DNA from: a virus
Direction: 5' to 3' (one strand)
DNA length: 64,000 bases
IMG/VR virus record: IMGVR_UViG_3300045988_120248
Span: 45,063-109,062 of that record
Part shown: positions 28,968 through 39,677 of the stretch, piece after piece
How the letters are laid out: each line of letters begins with the position of its first letter
Position numbering within the stretch: position 1 is the first letter of the stretch
The notes under the pieces: generated by a model
What the model was told of the DNA's origin: nothing
Databases searched by the model: none
What the model saw: the letters and a program-made list of their open reading frames with translations, nothing else
Position numbers and translations under genes: made by a program

Positions 28968-29426
28968 ATGAGAGACATTGAAAAAATGCTTGCGAAAATT
29001 TCAAATCTAAACCCGGCAATCGAAAATGCACTCGAACATGAAGTGGCGGATGAAGCGCGTCTCGCTATTAAAGATGCGGCGGAAGAAAGGGTGTACGAAG
29101 CATATAAGCCAAGGTTTTATAGCCGCAGAAAGGAAGACGGAGGCTTAATCGACCCGAACAATATCCTTTGCCAGGTATCCGGCGACACACTCACCATATC
29201 CAACGTTACAGGGCTTCAAAATCTGTGGGGCGGCGATGACGCAAGCTTACTGACACCAATCGTCGAAGACGGAGTTCCGGCCTACAATATGCAGAAAGCT
29301 GGCCCGCGTCCGTTTATGGATTATGCAAAAGAACTTCTGCTTGGCGGCAGAGCCGACGCCGCTCTCCGGCGAGGGCTTGAACGGCAGGGGATTGACACTA
29401 CAGGTCTTACATTCATTTTTGAGTAG
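28968..29426 (+). CDS. hypothetical tail-assembly module protein
   Basis: ORF 28899..29426 trimmed to ATG 28968; the upstream part is the hairpin region. Confidence 0.45.
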   Translation: MRDIEKMLAKISNLNPAIENALEHEVADEARLAIKDAAEERVYEAYKPRFYSRRKEDGGLIDPNNILCQVSGDTLTISNVTGLQNLWGGDDASLLTPIVEDGVPAYNMQKAGPRPFMDYAKELLLGGRADAALRRGLERQGIDTTGLTFIFE

Positions 29427-29437
29427 GGGTTGAAAGA

Positions 29438-32400
29438 ATGGCTGAAATTATTACTTTAACTGTAAAACAGGTTGGTGTTTCGGACGCGAGTAATGCGCTG
29501 AGGGACATCCTTAAAACAATCAACACAATCAACTCCACTCCGGTAAAAATCACCGTTGATGCTTCGGGGCTGGATGCAATCAAACGATTTAACACCGCTG
29601 TGCAGACCGTTACGCAGAGCGCAGATGGACTGAGCGGAAAGTTTACGCGTATATGGGCAGGCGCGGCGGACGGCGCACCGACCCGAACGATTGAAACCGT
29701 CAACGAGGGCCTTGGCCGGACTACTGAGATTATTCGGACTCTGGACGAAGAAACACAGCAGTACACGACGGTTCAGACGAAAGCTACCACCAACTACGAT
29801 GAGATGGCGAAAGCGGCGCAGAAAGCCGCTGAAAAGGCCGAAAAGGCAGCGAAAGAACAGGCAAAAGAAACCGAGAACGCCGCATCCAAGGTCGATACAC
29901 TCCGCAAAGGATTCGCCGACCTCGGCTTGCAGATGAAATCCGCAGCAGAGAAATATCCAACCGGTACATTCTCTGAAATAGAATCAGACGCAAAGCAGGC
30001 AAGCGCCGCGCTGGAAGACCTGTATAGCAGTTGGAAGAGTGGAACTATCAGCGATCAGGAGTTTGTCGCTGGCGTAAAGGACGCTTCCGGTTCGCTCAAA
30101 AACCTGCGTGCAAACTATGCGCAGACCCGTAACGAGACGGACAAGCTTACAAACTCCACCAACGTCCTTGGTGATACGTTCAGTCATATCGTCGGAAAAA
30201 TTACCGTTTGGCAGGTCGTTAATGCGGCTGTTGCAAAGGTAAAGCGGTCGTTTACGGAAGCTATCGATACGATGAAGCAGGTCGATACGGAAATGACGGC
30301 CATCCAGAAGGTCACGGGCAACACTGCCGCCGAGATGGAGAAGCTTGGCGATGCAGCGTATGAGGCTGCGTCCAAGTACGGCGTTGCTGTCACTGACTAT
30401 CTGGAATCCGTCGGCACTTTCGCAAAGGCCGGCTATAAGGATATGTCGGAAGATATGGCAGAGCTTGCAACGAAGACGCAGCTCGTCGGCGATGTGACTT
30501 CTGATATTGCGAACCAATTCCTCCTTTCTGCTGATGCTGCTTTCAAATTTGAAGGCAACGTTACAGCTCTGAATACCGTTCTCGACAAAGCCAATGAAAT
30601 CGAGAACAACTATGCCACGTCCATTCAGAAGATGGCCGAAGGCTTCCCGATTGTTGCGAACGTCGCATCGATGGCGAATATGTCCATCGATGAACTGATG
30701 GCGGCGCTCGGCACAATCACGGCTGTCACACAGGAATCTGGCACGAAAGCATCGACAGCTCTGCGCGCCCTGATTCTGAACATCATCGGCGACACCGAGA
30801 CGGAAATTGAAGACGGCGTTTCTTGGACAAAGGAAGAAATCAACAGCCTCAATGACGCACTCTGGATTTACGCAGAAGACGCGATGAAAGCCGCGCAGGA
30901 ATCTGGCAAAATCGTTGACCCCATGAAAGCCATTGCGGCTCTTTCTCAAGCATATAAGGACGGCCTTCTTTCCCAAGCAGAATTGGCTGAATTGGAATCC
31001 AAACTTGGCGGCAAACTCCGTACAAACCAGCTCGACGCGCTCATCACGAACTATGATATGTACGCGGAAATGCTGGACAAGGTAGCGAACTCCGCTGGCA
31101 GTGCCGACAAAGAAGTCGAAATTATGCTGACGAGCTGGGATGCCAAGGCAAAAATCCTCAACAACACATGGACGAAGTTCATCGCCGACACTGTTGATAC
31201 GAAATGGGCAAAGGGGCTGCTTGACATGCTCACTTGGCTCATTGAAGGATTCGGGAATCTCGGAAACGCAATCCTTATTGTTGCCGGTATCTTGGCAACG
31301 ATAAAGATGCCGTCAATCATCTCAACGTTCTCAAAGTTCGGAGCAGGAATTTCAGCTCTGGCTCAAAAATTTGTACTGCTTACTACCAACACGACGGCCT
31401 ATAAACTGGTTACTGATGCCACTGTTACATCTGTAAGTGCGATGCAGGCAGCAATGGGCGCTCTGACAGCGGTTATTGCAATCGTCACTGTGGCCTATAA
31501 CAAAATCAAAGCTGCACAGGAAGAAACACGACAGGCAGCTATCGACGCAGGAGAAGCCTCAACGACAGAAGCAAAAGAAATCGTATCTTTATATCAGAAT
31601 TATGAAGACCTACGAAAAGCGGTTGAAGATGGCACGGGTTCAAAGACCGAGTTCATTGATGCTTCTGATAGACTGATTGACAAACTCGGAATCGAAAAGA
31701 GCAGCGTATACGATCTCAAGAAGGAACTTGGAGGGTTAAGCGGGGCATATAAAGAAGCTACTGCGGCAAAGATTGAGAGCGCATTGTATGATGCGAAATC
31801 CGCAACAGCTGCAGCAGAAAAAGGTCTTAGAACTGCAGCCGAAAAAGCATGGGGTTCAATGCTTGCAGATTCTGGGAACTTAAAAGACCCATCATCTATT
31901 CTTGCTGACTACCAAAGCTGGATTGACGCGCGAAATAAGATGATTGACGAGGGGGATACATCATCTATCGCGTACAAGGAAGCCGAAAGAGTAATTTCAG
32001 CATATAAGCAAGCCGTTGAAGAATACAACAAAGCTGTTGAAGATCAAACTTATTTGGAAGGTGCGCACAAGGCCGCACTAGACGGAACGCTTGATAGTTA
32101 CCTGAAATCCGAAGAAGCTGTCAATGATTACTCGGATGCGCTAGATAATGCGGCGGAGACTGAAAAGACGACAGTCGAAACGCTCCAAGAATACGCAAAG
32201 ACGCTCAAGCAGCAGGAAAGTGACCTGACAACCGCATCGCAGGCGCTTGCTGAGTACCAGCAAAACGGCCGAGTCTCTGCATCTACAATGAAGTCGCTGA
32301 TTTCCATGAGCGATCAATATGTAAATGCGCTGACAGACGAAAACGGCAAACTCGATGTATCAGAGAAAAAACTGCGTGACCTCGTAGAAGCAATTTTAGA

Positions 32401-34474
32401 CGATGTTGACGCGACGAATGACCTCATCGGTGTCACAAAAAAGTCCAGCGGAGCAATGGGGAGCTTCGTCACCGGCCTGAAAAATGCAGCGAAGCAGTCC
32501 GGCGTAACAGACGATGCTATAGATGGTGTTGTTGCACAGATGATTATCTTCAACAACACTGCGCTGTCTGTTTCAGACAAAATCGCCGCCCTTCAAGCCC
32601 TTGCATTGCAAGCTGGGGTCACGCAATCTGCGATTGCCGGCATTAGCCTGAACAACATCGGCCGAGACGCGGGAATGACTGCCGAGGAAGCCCAGAAAAA
32701 ATACGGCATGTCTGCGACAGAAGCGCAGCGATATGTCAAGAGCCAAGCGGAAAAAGCCAAAAACAACGATCAGGCACTGATTGACTATTGGAATTCTCTC
32801 GCCTCGAAAATCCCGGAAACAAAGCCTTCTTCCGGTGGCGGCGGCAGCTCATCCGACGCGAATCTCGACGCACACAAGCAGAAAGTCGAGCTGTTGAAAT
32901 CCGAGCTGACTTTGCTGGAAAAGCAGAATGCCAGCGAGGATTCGCAGAAGGACAAAATGCGGCAAATCCAGCAGGCGCTCCATGCGCAGGCGCAGTATCT
33001 GCGTTCCATCGGCGGCAGCCAGTCGGATATCAACGCGCTTTCTGCCGAATGGTGGGAGTGGCAGGAGAAAATAAACGGGACACTCAAGAACACGGATGAT
33101 CTGCTGAACGAGCTGCAAGGTGTTATGTCGGATAAGCTTTCCGACCTCTCTGACCAGCGGCAAAATGAGCTGGATGCCATCGACGCGCAGATTGATGCGC
33201 TCAAACAGCAGAAGGACACCCGCGACGAGCAGCTTGACCTCGAAGAAAAAATCCTCGCTGTCCAGCAGGCACAGGCCAAGCTTGCCAATGCGCAGAATGA
33301 GCGCACGGTTCGGCAGTATAACGCCCGCACTGGCCAATGGGAATGGGTGGCCGACCAGAAGGAAGTTGACAGCGCACAGAAAGCCTTGGATGAGGCTAAA
33401 AAAGACCTTGAGGACTTCAAGGCAAACATGGCTTACGAAGCTGCACTGGCCGAACTGGAAGCCAAGAAAGACGCAATAAACGCCCAGTATGACGCGCTTG
33501 AAAGAAGCTACAACAATTTCCTGAAATCTCTCAAGGAAAAAACTCGCGGCATCGGTGAAATTTTGCAGGATATCTGGAAAAACGCCACGCCAGAACTCCG
33601 TCAGATCATTCAGGAAAACGCAGAGCTTTTCAAACAGTTCGGATTCGATGTGTCGCAGCTTTCCGACGCCGTAAATGACACTGCCAAGAAATTGTATGGT
33701 ATCTCCAAGAATGGAGATAGGTACGAAATCGGCAGCGATAAGGGCTTGGATTTCATCAACAATAAGCCTGCAGGTTCTACAATGACAGGCGGTGACGGTT
33801 CTACATGGACGAAGAACGCGGACGGAACAGTCACAATCGTTGATAAGGACGGCGTTACCTACACGGTATACCCGAACGGCGGTTCTGGTGGAACAGAAGA
33901 TTCTACCGGTGGCTCGGCTTCTGGCTCAAAATACAGTGGCACCGTCTTTGCGAAACGATTGGACGGAAAGGGCGAAGACTACAAGATTTCCAGCGCGAAC
34001 GGCCTGTACTTCCTGAACAATGCAATCGCCGGTGAGAAAATGGACGGTGGCGATGGTTCCCATTGGGTGAAGAACGAGGACGGAACAACATCCATCACAG
34101 ACAAGTATGGCATCGCATACAAGGTCTACGACCAAGGCGGTATCCTGCACGGCATGGGTGGCATCAAGGCCACGATGCAGGACGAAGGAATTACCCCACC
34201 GGATGTAACGGCGCTGCTCAGAAAGCGGCTGTTGAAACCCATTGAGGACAAGACATTCGGCCAGAACATGGATCAGATCAGATGGATGATGGCAAGCAAC
34301 GGAGCAAATTCCAATGCTGTTCATAATGCTTCCTATGATAACCACAGCATTGGCACGCAGAACAACGGAAATGTCTACAAGTTTAACGGTATAACAATCA
34401 ACGAGCCGCAAGCAAGCTCAATGACGTTAAAACGTTTCGCAGATATTGCACACAATCTTGGAAACTTTAGCTAA
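29438..34474 (+). CDS. tail tape measure protein
   Basis: 1678 aa, long coiled-coil Ala/Lys/Glu-rich segments, central hydrophobic helices; canonical position. Confidence 0.85.
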   Translation: MAEIITLTVKQVGVSDASNALRDILKTINTINSTPVKITVDASGLDAIKRFNTAVQTVTQSADGLSGKFTRIWAGAADGAPTRTIETVNEGLGRTTEIIRTLDEETQQYTTVQTKATTNYDEMAKAAQKAAEKAEKAAKEQAKETENAASKVDTLRKGFADLGLQMKSAAEKYPTGTFSEIESDAKQASAALEDLYSSWKSGTISDQEFVAGVKDASGSLKNLRANYAQTRNETDKLTNSTNVLGDTFSHIVGKITVWQVVNAAVAKVKRSFTEAIDTMKQVDTEMTAIQKVTGNTAAEMEKLGDAAYEAASKYGVAVTDYLESVGTFAKAGYKDMSEDMAELATKTQLVGDVTSDIANQFLLSADAAFKFEGNVTALNTVLDKANEIENNYATSIQKMAEGFPIVANVASMANMSIDELMAALGTITAVTQESGTKASTALRALILNIIGDTETEIEDGVSWTKEEINSLNDALWIYAEDAMKAAQESGKIVDPMKAIAALSQAYKDGLLSQAELAELESKLGGKLRTNQLDALITNYDMYAEMLDKVANSAGSADKEVEIMLTSWDAKAKILNNTWTKFIADTVDTKWAKGLLDMLTWLIEGFGNLGNAILIVAGILATIKMPSIISTFSKFGAGISALAQKFVLLTTNTTAYKLVTDATVTSVSAMQAAMGALTAVIAIVTVAYNKIKAAQEETRQAAIDAGEASTTEAKEIVSLYQNYEDLRKAVEDGTGSKTEFIDASDRLIDKLGIEKSSVYDLKKELGGLSGAYKEATAAKIESALYDAKSATAAAEKGLRTAAEKAWGSMLADSGNLKDPSSILADYQSWIDARNKMIDEGDTSSIAYKEAERVISAYKQAVEEYNKAVEDQTYLEGAHKAALDGTLDSYLKSEEAVNDYSDALDNAAETEKTTVETLQEYAKTLKQQESDLTTASQALAEYQQNGRVSASTMKSLISMSDQYVNALTDENGKLDVSEKKLRDLVEAILDDVDATNDLIGVTKKSSGAMGSFVTGLKNAAKQSGVTDDAIDGVVAQMIIFNNTALSVSDKIAALQALALQAGVTQSAIAGISLNNIGRDAGMTAEEAQKKYGMSATEAQRYVKSQAEKAKNNDQALIDYWNSLASKIPETKPSSGGGGSSSDANLDAHKQKVELLKSELTLLEKQNASEDSQKDKMRQIQQALHAQAQYLRSIGGSQSDINALSAEWWEWQEKINGTLKNTDDLLNELQGVMSDKLSDLSDQRQNELDAIDAQIDALKQQKDTRDEQLDLEEKILAVQQAQAKLANAQNERTVRQYNARTGQWEWVADQKEVDSAQKALDEAKKDLEDFKANMAYEAALAELEAKKDAINAQYDALERSYNNFLKSLKEKTRGIGEILQDIWKNATPELRQIIQENAELFKQFGFDVSQLSDAVNDTAKKLYGISKNGDRYEIGSDKGLDFINNKPAGSTMTGGDGSTWTKNADGTVTIVDKDGVTYTVYPNGGSGGTEDSTGGSASGSKYSGTVFAKRLDGKGEDYKISSANGLYFLNNAIAGEKMDGGDGSHWVKNEDGTTSITDKYGIAYKVYDQGGILHGMGGIKATMQDEGITPPDVTALLRKRLLKPIEDKTFGQNMDQIRWMMASNGANSNAVHNASYDNHSIGTQNNGNVYKFNGITINEPQASSMTLKRFADIAHNLGNFS

Positions 34475-34497
34475 CACGAAGATACGGAGGAAATAAT

Positions 34498-37400
34498 ATG
34501 CTGTATCAGCCGACGAATATCTATCCCAGCATGACAGGCGCTCTCGGAAACGGCGTAATTGATGCAAACAATAGTCTTCCCGTGAGCTGGCAGGTCAACG
34601 GCAATTCTCCAATGACCGCATATCAAATCACAATTTATGCGAATAATACTGCGTCTACGCAACTGTTTTCCACGGGAAAACTGACGAACGGATGCCCGTT
34701 TTATGGAGTCAACTATGCTGGAGAGCCCCAATTCTTCTCTCATACAATAACAGCAGAACAGCTCTCCACAGCACGAATTGTGAACGGGCTTGACTACAAG
34801 ATTGTCATCCAGCAGTGGTGGAATGACACGGACTCTGTTACACAGTCCAGCGCAAGCGTGTTTCAGGCAAGGACTGCTCCGTCCATCCAAATCGGCGCAA
34901 TCCCGACACCGTTGGCAACAAGATCGTTCACGTTTAGCGCGTCTTATTACCAAAAGGAAAACGAACCGCTGAATTGGGCAAGATGGGAAATTTCCTCGGT
35001 GGAGAATGGAGAACACTCTATCATAAAAGATACGGGTAAGATCTATGGAGTATCGGAGTTGCTTCTTCCGTATGACGGATTCCTGACAGGACGCACCTAT
35101 GCAGTAAGGTTATCCATTCAGACGGAGAGCGGAGTCGACGTTACGACTGGATGGGAAGACTTTAACGTCAATTATACAGTAACCCCTATAACCGGTGAGC
35201 TTTCTGTGTGTCAAGCAAACAAGGCGCACGGAATTGCAATCACTGCGCCGCAGATAAACAATATTCCAGCGACTAACACGGAAGGGGTTTATGTAAATGG
35301 CAGCAATATGGTGATTCCGCAAATTGTTTCATCTGAGGTGACATGGAAAAGCAAAAATGGTGAGCCATTATCCATAAAACCGCCGTTTGATTTGCTCTGG
35401 GATGGCGATGGATACTCCGCTGGTGACGTCTTAACCATTAGCGGAACGGCAAGCTCATACGGATTCCAACCGAGTGAAGCATTCACGGGGGGGAGTGTAG
35501 GCGCTTATGGAAACGAGTATTGGTGCTGCTATGGCGGCGGAAAATACGTTGCAATCTTCTACGATGGAACAGTCAGGTATAGCACGGACTTCGTGACCTG
35601 GAATTCCTCGAAAATTCAGCTTGCCAATAATACCGGATGGTGTGGAGTCGCTTACGGAAACAACACGTATGTGGCGATTTCCTACACTACAAAGTGTGTG
35701 GCGTATTCAACTGATGCGGCTTCGTGGACCGTTACAACAAATGTGCCAAGTCAATTCATGTCCTTGATTTTCGCCGCTGGTAAATTTGTTGCAGGTGGAG
35801 AGGGACTCATCGCATATTCAACGGATGGAATTTCGTGGACAACTGCAAACGCACCTGTTAGCAGCACAGAAGAAGTTACTGCAATCGCGTATGGAGGCGG
35901 AAACCCTTACGCAAGCAAATATATAGCATCGACTACATCTGGCGCGATATACTATTCCACCAATGGAACAGAGTGGGTGAAGGGAAACGATACACTCCCC
36001 TTTTGGACTGGCTCTATTTGCTTTGGCGCTGCCACGGTCGGCGGATACAGAGAAGGATTCGTTGCAGTTTTCAACAGAGATGATACTATCGCTGTAAGCG
36101 CAGACGGTGTGAACTGGGAGACAAAAGGTATACATGCACCCGGAAATCTTTATAGCATACATGCCTCGTGGAATCAGAATGACGGTTTCAAAATAGTTGC
36201 GGCTGGCGATGGATGTGTAATCTACAGCTCCGATTTGGGCGAGACATGGACATCCTTGAATAATGAGCCGTTTGCTGATTCGTCTGTTTATGTGTTTGAA
36301 GGAAACGGCGATGCCTTTGTTATAGCAGCCAGAACGGACGGCGTTTATTCTACAGCAATGGCGTCGCAAGTTGCGCAGCCGACGGATATGGTTATCAATT
36401 TCTCGAGCGATATTTCCATTCGAACCAGAACCTCGGTGCTTCCAAGTGAAATCCAATGGAAGGATTGCGTATATGGCGATGGCGTTTATGTCGCTGTTGC
36501 ATCCTATTCGGAAACAGCTCAGACAACGGCATTCGCCGCTACATCTGGAACCCTGACAGAGTGGACTTCAAGCCCACTTCCGAGTGGATACTGGAAAAGC
36601 ATAAGTTACGGAAACGGTCAAGTTATTGCTGTCGGTACGAGTGTTGAAGATTCAAAGCCTATTGCGGCGTACTCCCTTGACAAAGGAACGTCGTGGACGG
36701 TTGTTTCCATCGCGTGCGAGAATCCAAACTGCATAAGGTTCCTAAATGGAAACTTTTATATTGCGGGAAACGGCATTTACAGATCTCCAAACTGGGTTGA
36801 TTGGGAAAAATGCACGCTGGAACAGTACCAAAACTATCCGCTGATGTCCTTGGCATATGGAAATGGAACCTATGTGTGTGTCACAACATACGAGTCTTAT
36901 TACTCATACGACGGGATCTCATGGTCAAAGAGCCAAACGTATAAAGATTGGTGGAGATGTGTTGCTTTCGGAAATGGTCTGTTTATTGCCGGCGGAATTG
37001 GAGGCACAACTTCGTATAGCAAAGACGGAATTACATGGGAGGAAACGCCTGGGACAAGGCCCGGAGATATTAGCTGGAACTGCCTTTGCTATGGAGCCAA
37101 CCGGTTTGTCGCACTTTCTGGATACTTCGTTTACATGTCAATCGACGGAACTGATTGGGATCTTATTCAAAATATTCCTGCCAACGGGGCATGCTGCTTT
37201 GGAAACGGGACATTTGTGTTTTTCGGTGACGACACAACGCTTTCAGAAACATACGGCCGTACTGCAAATGTTTTTGCTCGCTTGAATGGGGGGAATGTCG
37301 CGAAAGTCCCAATAGATGCGCCGAAGAAAATCCGGATGTCTACTTATGGTGAGCTCAGAAGCTTCGGCCTCGCTACGTCAGTGGACGGTATATCTACGGA

Positions 37401-38301
37401 AAAGGCGATGAGAGTTTTTGGAATGCCGCAGTTTTCTGAAATTACGTCCATTAAGGCGGGGGGCACACAGTCTACGAACTATATTTTCCTGAGTGATGGA
37501 CATATCAGCTTTGAACAGATGGAAACGTTCAACGATGATTGGAGTTACCATCCCTCCGACCTACCAAGCCAATTCTATGCGGACTTTACATCCGACCTCA
37601 ATGGCGATACTTATGGAGGAACCGTTTTTTCAGAGCTGTATATTTATCGGTCGGCATTGGGGAACGGCACACTTCAAAGAGTCGCAAAAATAAGCGCGGA
37701 AGGTGGAAACAGAATCGTTGATATACGTGCGGCAAACGGCATACCATACACTTATTACGCGTTTGGCGTGTCTGACGAAGAGACCACGGATGCAATCATA
37801 AGCAGACAGATAACTGCGTGCATTTGGGATTGGGCGGTGATTTCCTGCAAAGCAGACAGCGACGGAGTATTCCACGCGCAAAAGATATTCGCCTTCGGGA
37901 AAAATTTCTCCAGTGGAGACATCAGCAACAATAATGCACCACAGATTCTCCAAAATTTCACAAGATACCCGACGATTCAGCCACCGCCCTTCAACTACAA
38001 GAGTGGTACGCTGACGAGTTTGATCGGAACAATCTCAAACGGTTCGTATTCAGATACGCTTGCCGGAAGGGATGACATTTTTGAATTGTCCACGACGAGC
38101 AATACAATGTTCCTGAAAAGTCGGAAAGGCGACTTCATAAAGATCAGGATCAGCGGCGCGATAGAATGCACCACCATGGACAATTCTCCGACGCAGGCTC
38201 AGAACATCAAATTACCATGGGTGGAGATTGGTGATGTGTCGGATGCGCAAGTTATATGCACTATGGACGATGAAGCATGGCCTTATCAGGATGCGCCGTA
38301 A
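34498..38301 (+). CDS. large distal tail protein with Asp-box (BNR) beta-propeller region
   Basis: 1267 aa directly after the tape measure; about 10 S-x-D-x-G-x-(T/S)-W type repeats (YSTDGISWTT, YSSDLGETWTS, YSKDGITWEE ...). Confidence 0.6.
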   Translation: MLYQPTNIYPSMTGALGNGVIDANNSLPVSWQVNGNSPMTAYQITIYANNTASTQLFSTGKLTNGCPFYGVNYAGEPQFFSHTITAEQLSTARIVNGLDYKIVIQQWWNDTDSVTQSSASVFQARTAPSIQIGAIPTPLATRSFTFSASYYQKENEPLNWARWEISSVENGEHSIIKDTGKIYGVSELLLPYDGFLTGRTYAVRLSIQTESGVDVTTGWEDFNVNYTVTPITGELSVCQANKAHGIAITAPQINNIPATNTEGVYVNGSNMVIPQIVSSEVTWKSKNGEPLSIKPPFDLLWDGDGYSAGDVLTISGTASSYGFQPSEAFTGGSVGAYGNEYWCCYGGGKYVAIFYDGTVRYSTDFVTWNSSKIQLANNTGWCGVAYGNNTYVAISYTTKCVAYSTDAASWTVTTNVPSQFMSLIFAAGKFVAGGEGLIAYSTDGISWTTANAPVSSTEEVTAIAYGGGNPYASKYIASTTSGAIYYSTNGTEWVKGNDTLPFWTGSICFGAATVGGYREGFVAVFNRDDTIAVSADGVNWETKGIHAPGNLYSIHASWNQNDGFKIVAAGDGCVIYSSDLGETWTSLNNEPFADSSVYVFEGNGDAFVIAARTDGVYSTAMASQVAQPTDMVINFSSDISIRTRTSVLPSEIQWKDCVYGDGVYVAVASYSETAQTTAFAATSGTLTEWTSSPLPSGYWKSISYGNGQVIAVGTSVEDSKPIAAYSLDKGTSWTVVSIACENPNCIRFLNGNFYIAGNGIYRSPNWVDWEKCTLEQYQNYPLMSLAYGNGTYVCVTTYESYYSYDGISWSKSQTYKDWWRCVAFGNGLFIAGGIGGTTSYSKDGITWEETPGTRPGDISWNCLCYGANRFVALSGYFVYMSIDGTDWDLIQNIPANGACCFGNGTFVFFGDDTTLSETYGRTANVFARLNGGNVAKVPIDAPKKIRMSTYGELRSFGLATSVDGISTEKAMRVFGMPQFSEITSIKAGGTQSTNYIFLSDGHISFEQMETFNDDWSYHPSDLPSQFYADFTSDLNGDTYGGTVFSELYIYRSALGNGTLQRVAKISAEGGNRIVDIRAANGIPYTYYAFGVSDEETTDAIISRQITACIWDWAVISCKADSDGVFHAQKIFAFGKNFSSGDISNNNAPQILQNFTRYPTIQPPPFNYKSGTLTSLIGTISNGSYSDTLAGRDDIFELSTTSNTMFLKSRKGDFIKIRISGAIECTTMDNSPTQAQNIKLPWVEIGDVSDAQVICTMDDEAWPYQDAP

Positions 38302-39657
38302 AACCCCTGCCTTTAGGCATGGGGATATAAGGCGCTCCAGCTGATGTCAAAAACAATGCGTTCGACCGGGGGAAGCATTGGAAATATGACATAATGTAGC
38401 ATGAAAGGCGGTGATTTCATGGAATATAGCTATAAGTTTCGCATCTACCCTACAAAGGAACAGACATTGCAGATTCAGCGTACCTTTGGATGCTGCCGTT
38501 TCATCTACAACCACTATCTTGCGGCACGCATTGAGTCCTATGAGGCGAACCGAACGACGTTCGGCTATAACGCCTGTTCCGCTGATATGACGGTTTTGAA
38601 AAAGTCACTTCCATGGCTCACCGAAGTAGACTCCACTGCGCTTCAATCCTCGCTGAAAGACTTGGATACCGCCTATCAGAACTTCTTTCGTCGAGTGAAA
38701 TCTGGCGAAAAGCCGGGATTCCCACGATTCAAAAGCAAACGTGACCACCGCAAAAGCTACAAGAGCAAAGCCGTGGGCGCGAACATCAAGGTCTTGGACG
38801 GCGCGGTTCAACTTCCGAAACTCGGCAAAGTCAAGTGCCGCATCAGCCGAAAGGTTGAGGGAAGAATCCTCTCCGCGACGGTATCGCAAAACCCAAGCGG
38901 CAAATATTTCGTATCACTCTGCTGCACTGACGTTGAAATCGAGCCATTGCCGAAGACCGGTGCTGTGATTGGCGTTGATATGGGACTGAAAGCGTTCGCA
39001 ATCACGTCCGAAGGGACGGAATACCAGAACCCGCGCTATTTAGCCAAGAACCAGAAGAAACTTGCCAGACTGCAACGGCAGCTCTCCCGAAAATCAAAGG
39101 GGAGCAACCGGCGCGAAAAAGCGAGGATTCAGGTGGCACGGCTGCATGAGCATATCGCAAACCAGCGCAGCGACATGATGCACAAACTGTCAACGCAGCT
39201 CATCCGCGAGAACGATGCGATCTGCATCGAGGACTTAGCACCGCAGAACATGGTCAAGAACCATCACCTTGCGAAGTCCATCAGCGACGCATCTTGGGGT
39301 GAGTTTCGACGGCAGTTAGAATACAAAGCTACGTGGTATGGGAAGAAAGTAATACCAATAGACCGGTTCTTCCCATCCAGTCAGCTATGCTCCTGCTGCG
39401 GGTATCGGAATACCGACACGAAGAATCTGGCGGTGCGGGATTGGACGTGTCCTGAATGTGGGACGCACCATGACCGGGACATCAACGCAGCAAAAAATAT
39501 TCTAAGCGAGGGATTGCGACTACTGGCCTAGCCCAAACATACGGTAGGGCGGGACACGTCCGAACCTATACGCTCGGGGAGACTGTGTAAGACGCCGCTA
39601 CGGCGCGACGGTCGTAGAAGCGAGAATCCCCCGGCTTTAGCCGTGGGGATTGTCAAT
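38302..39657 (+). mobile_element. IS200/IS605-family element carrying tnpB only (no tnpA)
   Basis: Subterminal hairpins of the same design at both ends: LE cccc-tgcc-ttta-ggca-t-gggg (38304-38325), RE cccc-cggc-ttta-gccg-t-gggg (39628-39649). RE ends GTCAAT as in the other copies. The left boundary is approximate. Confidence 0.75.
38419..39531 (+). CDS. tnpB: TnpB RNA-guided endonuclease (IS1341/OrfB type)
   Basis: [13 protein letters not shown]-terminus, RuvC motifs GVDMGLK / IEDL / [12 protein letters not shown] and CSCCG...CPECG zinc finger. Start trimmed to ATG 38419. Confidence 0.85.
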   Translation: MEYSYKFRIYPTKEQTLQIQRTFGCCRFIYNHYLAARIESYEANRTTFGYNACSADMTVLKKSLPWLTEVDSTALQSSLKDLDTAYQNFFRRVKSGEKPGFPRFKSKRDHRKSYKSKAVGANIKVLDGAVQLPKLGKVKCRISRKVEGRILSATVSQNPSGKYFVSLCCTDVEIEPLPKTGAVIGVDMGLKAFAITSEGTEYQNPRYLAKNQKKLARLQRQLSRKSKGSNRREKARIQVARLHEHIANQRSDMMHKLSTQLIRENDAICIEDLAPQNMVKNHHLAKSISDASWGEFRRQLEYKATWYGKKVIPIDRFFPSSQLCSCCGYRNTDTKNLAVRDWTCPECGTHHDRDINAAKNILSEGLRLLA

Positions 39658-39677
39658 GAGAAAGGTGGGAGAATAGG
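39500..39677 (+). ncRNA. TnpB omega (right-end) RNA scaffold plus flank-derived guide
   Basis: About 125-nt block after the tnpB stop, conserved in all three copies and ending at the RE hairpin and GTCAAT (39657). The guide would be the adjacent 39658-39677. The 5' limit is a guess. Confidence 0.55.
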
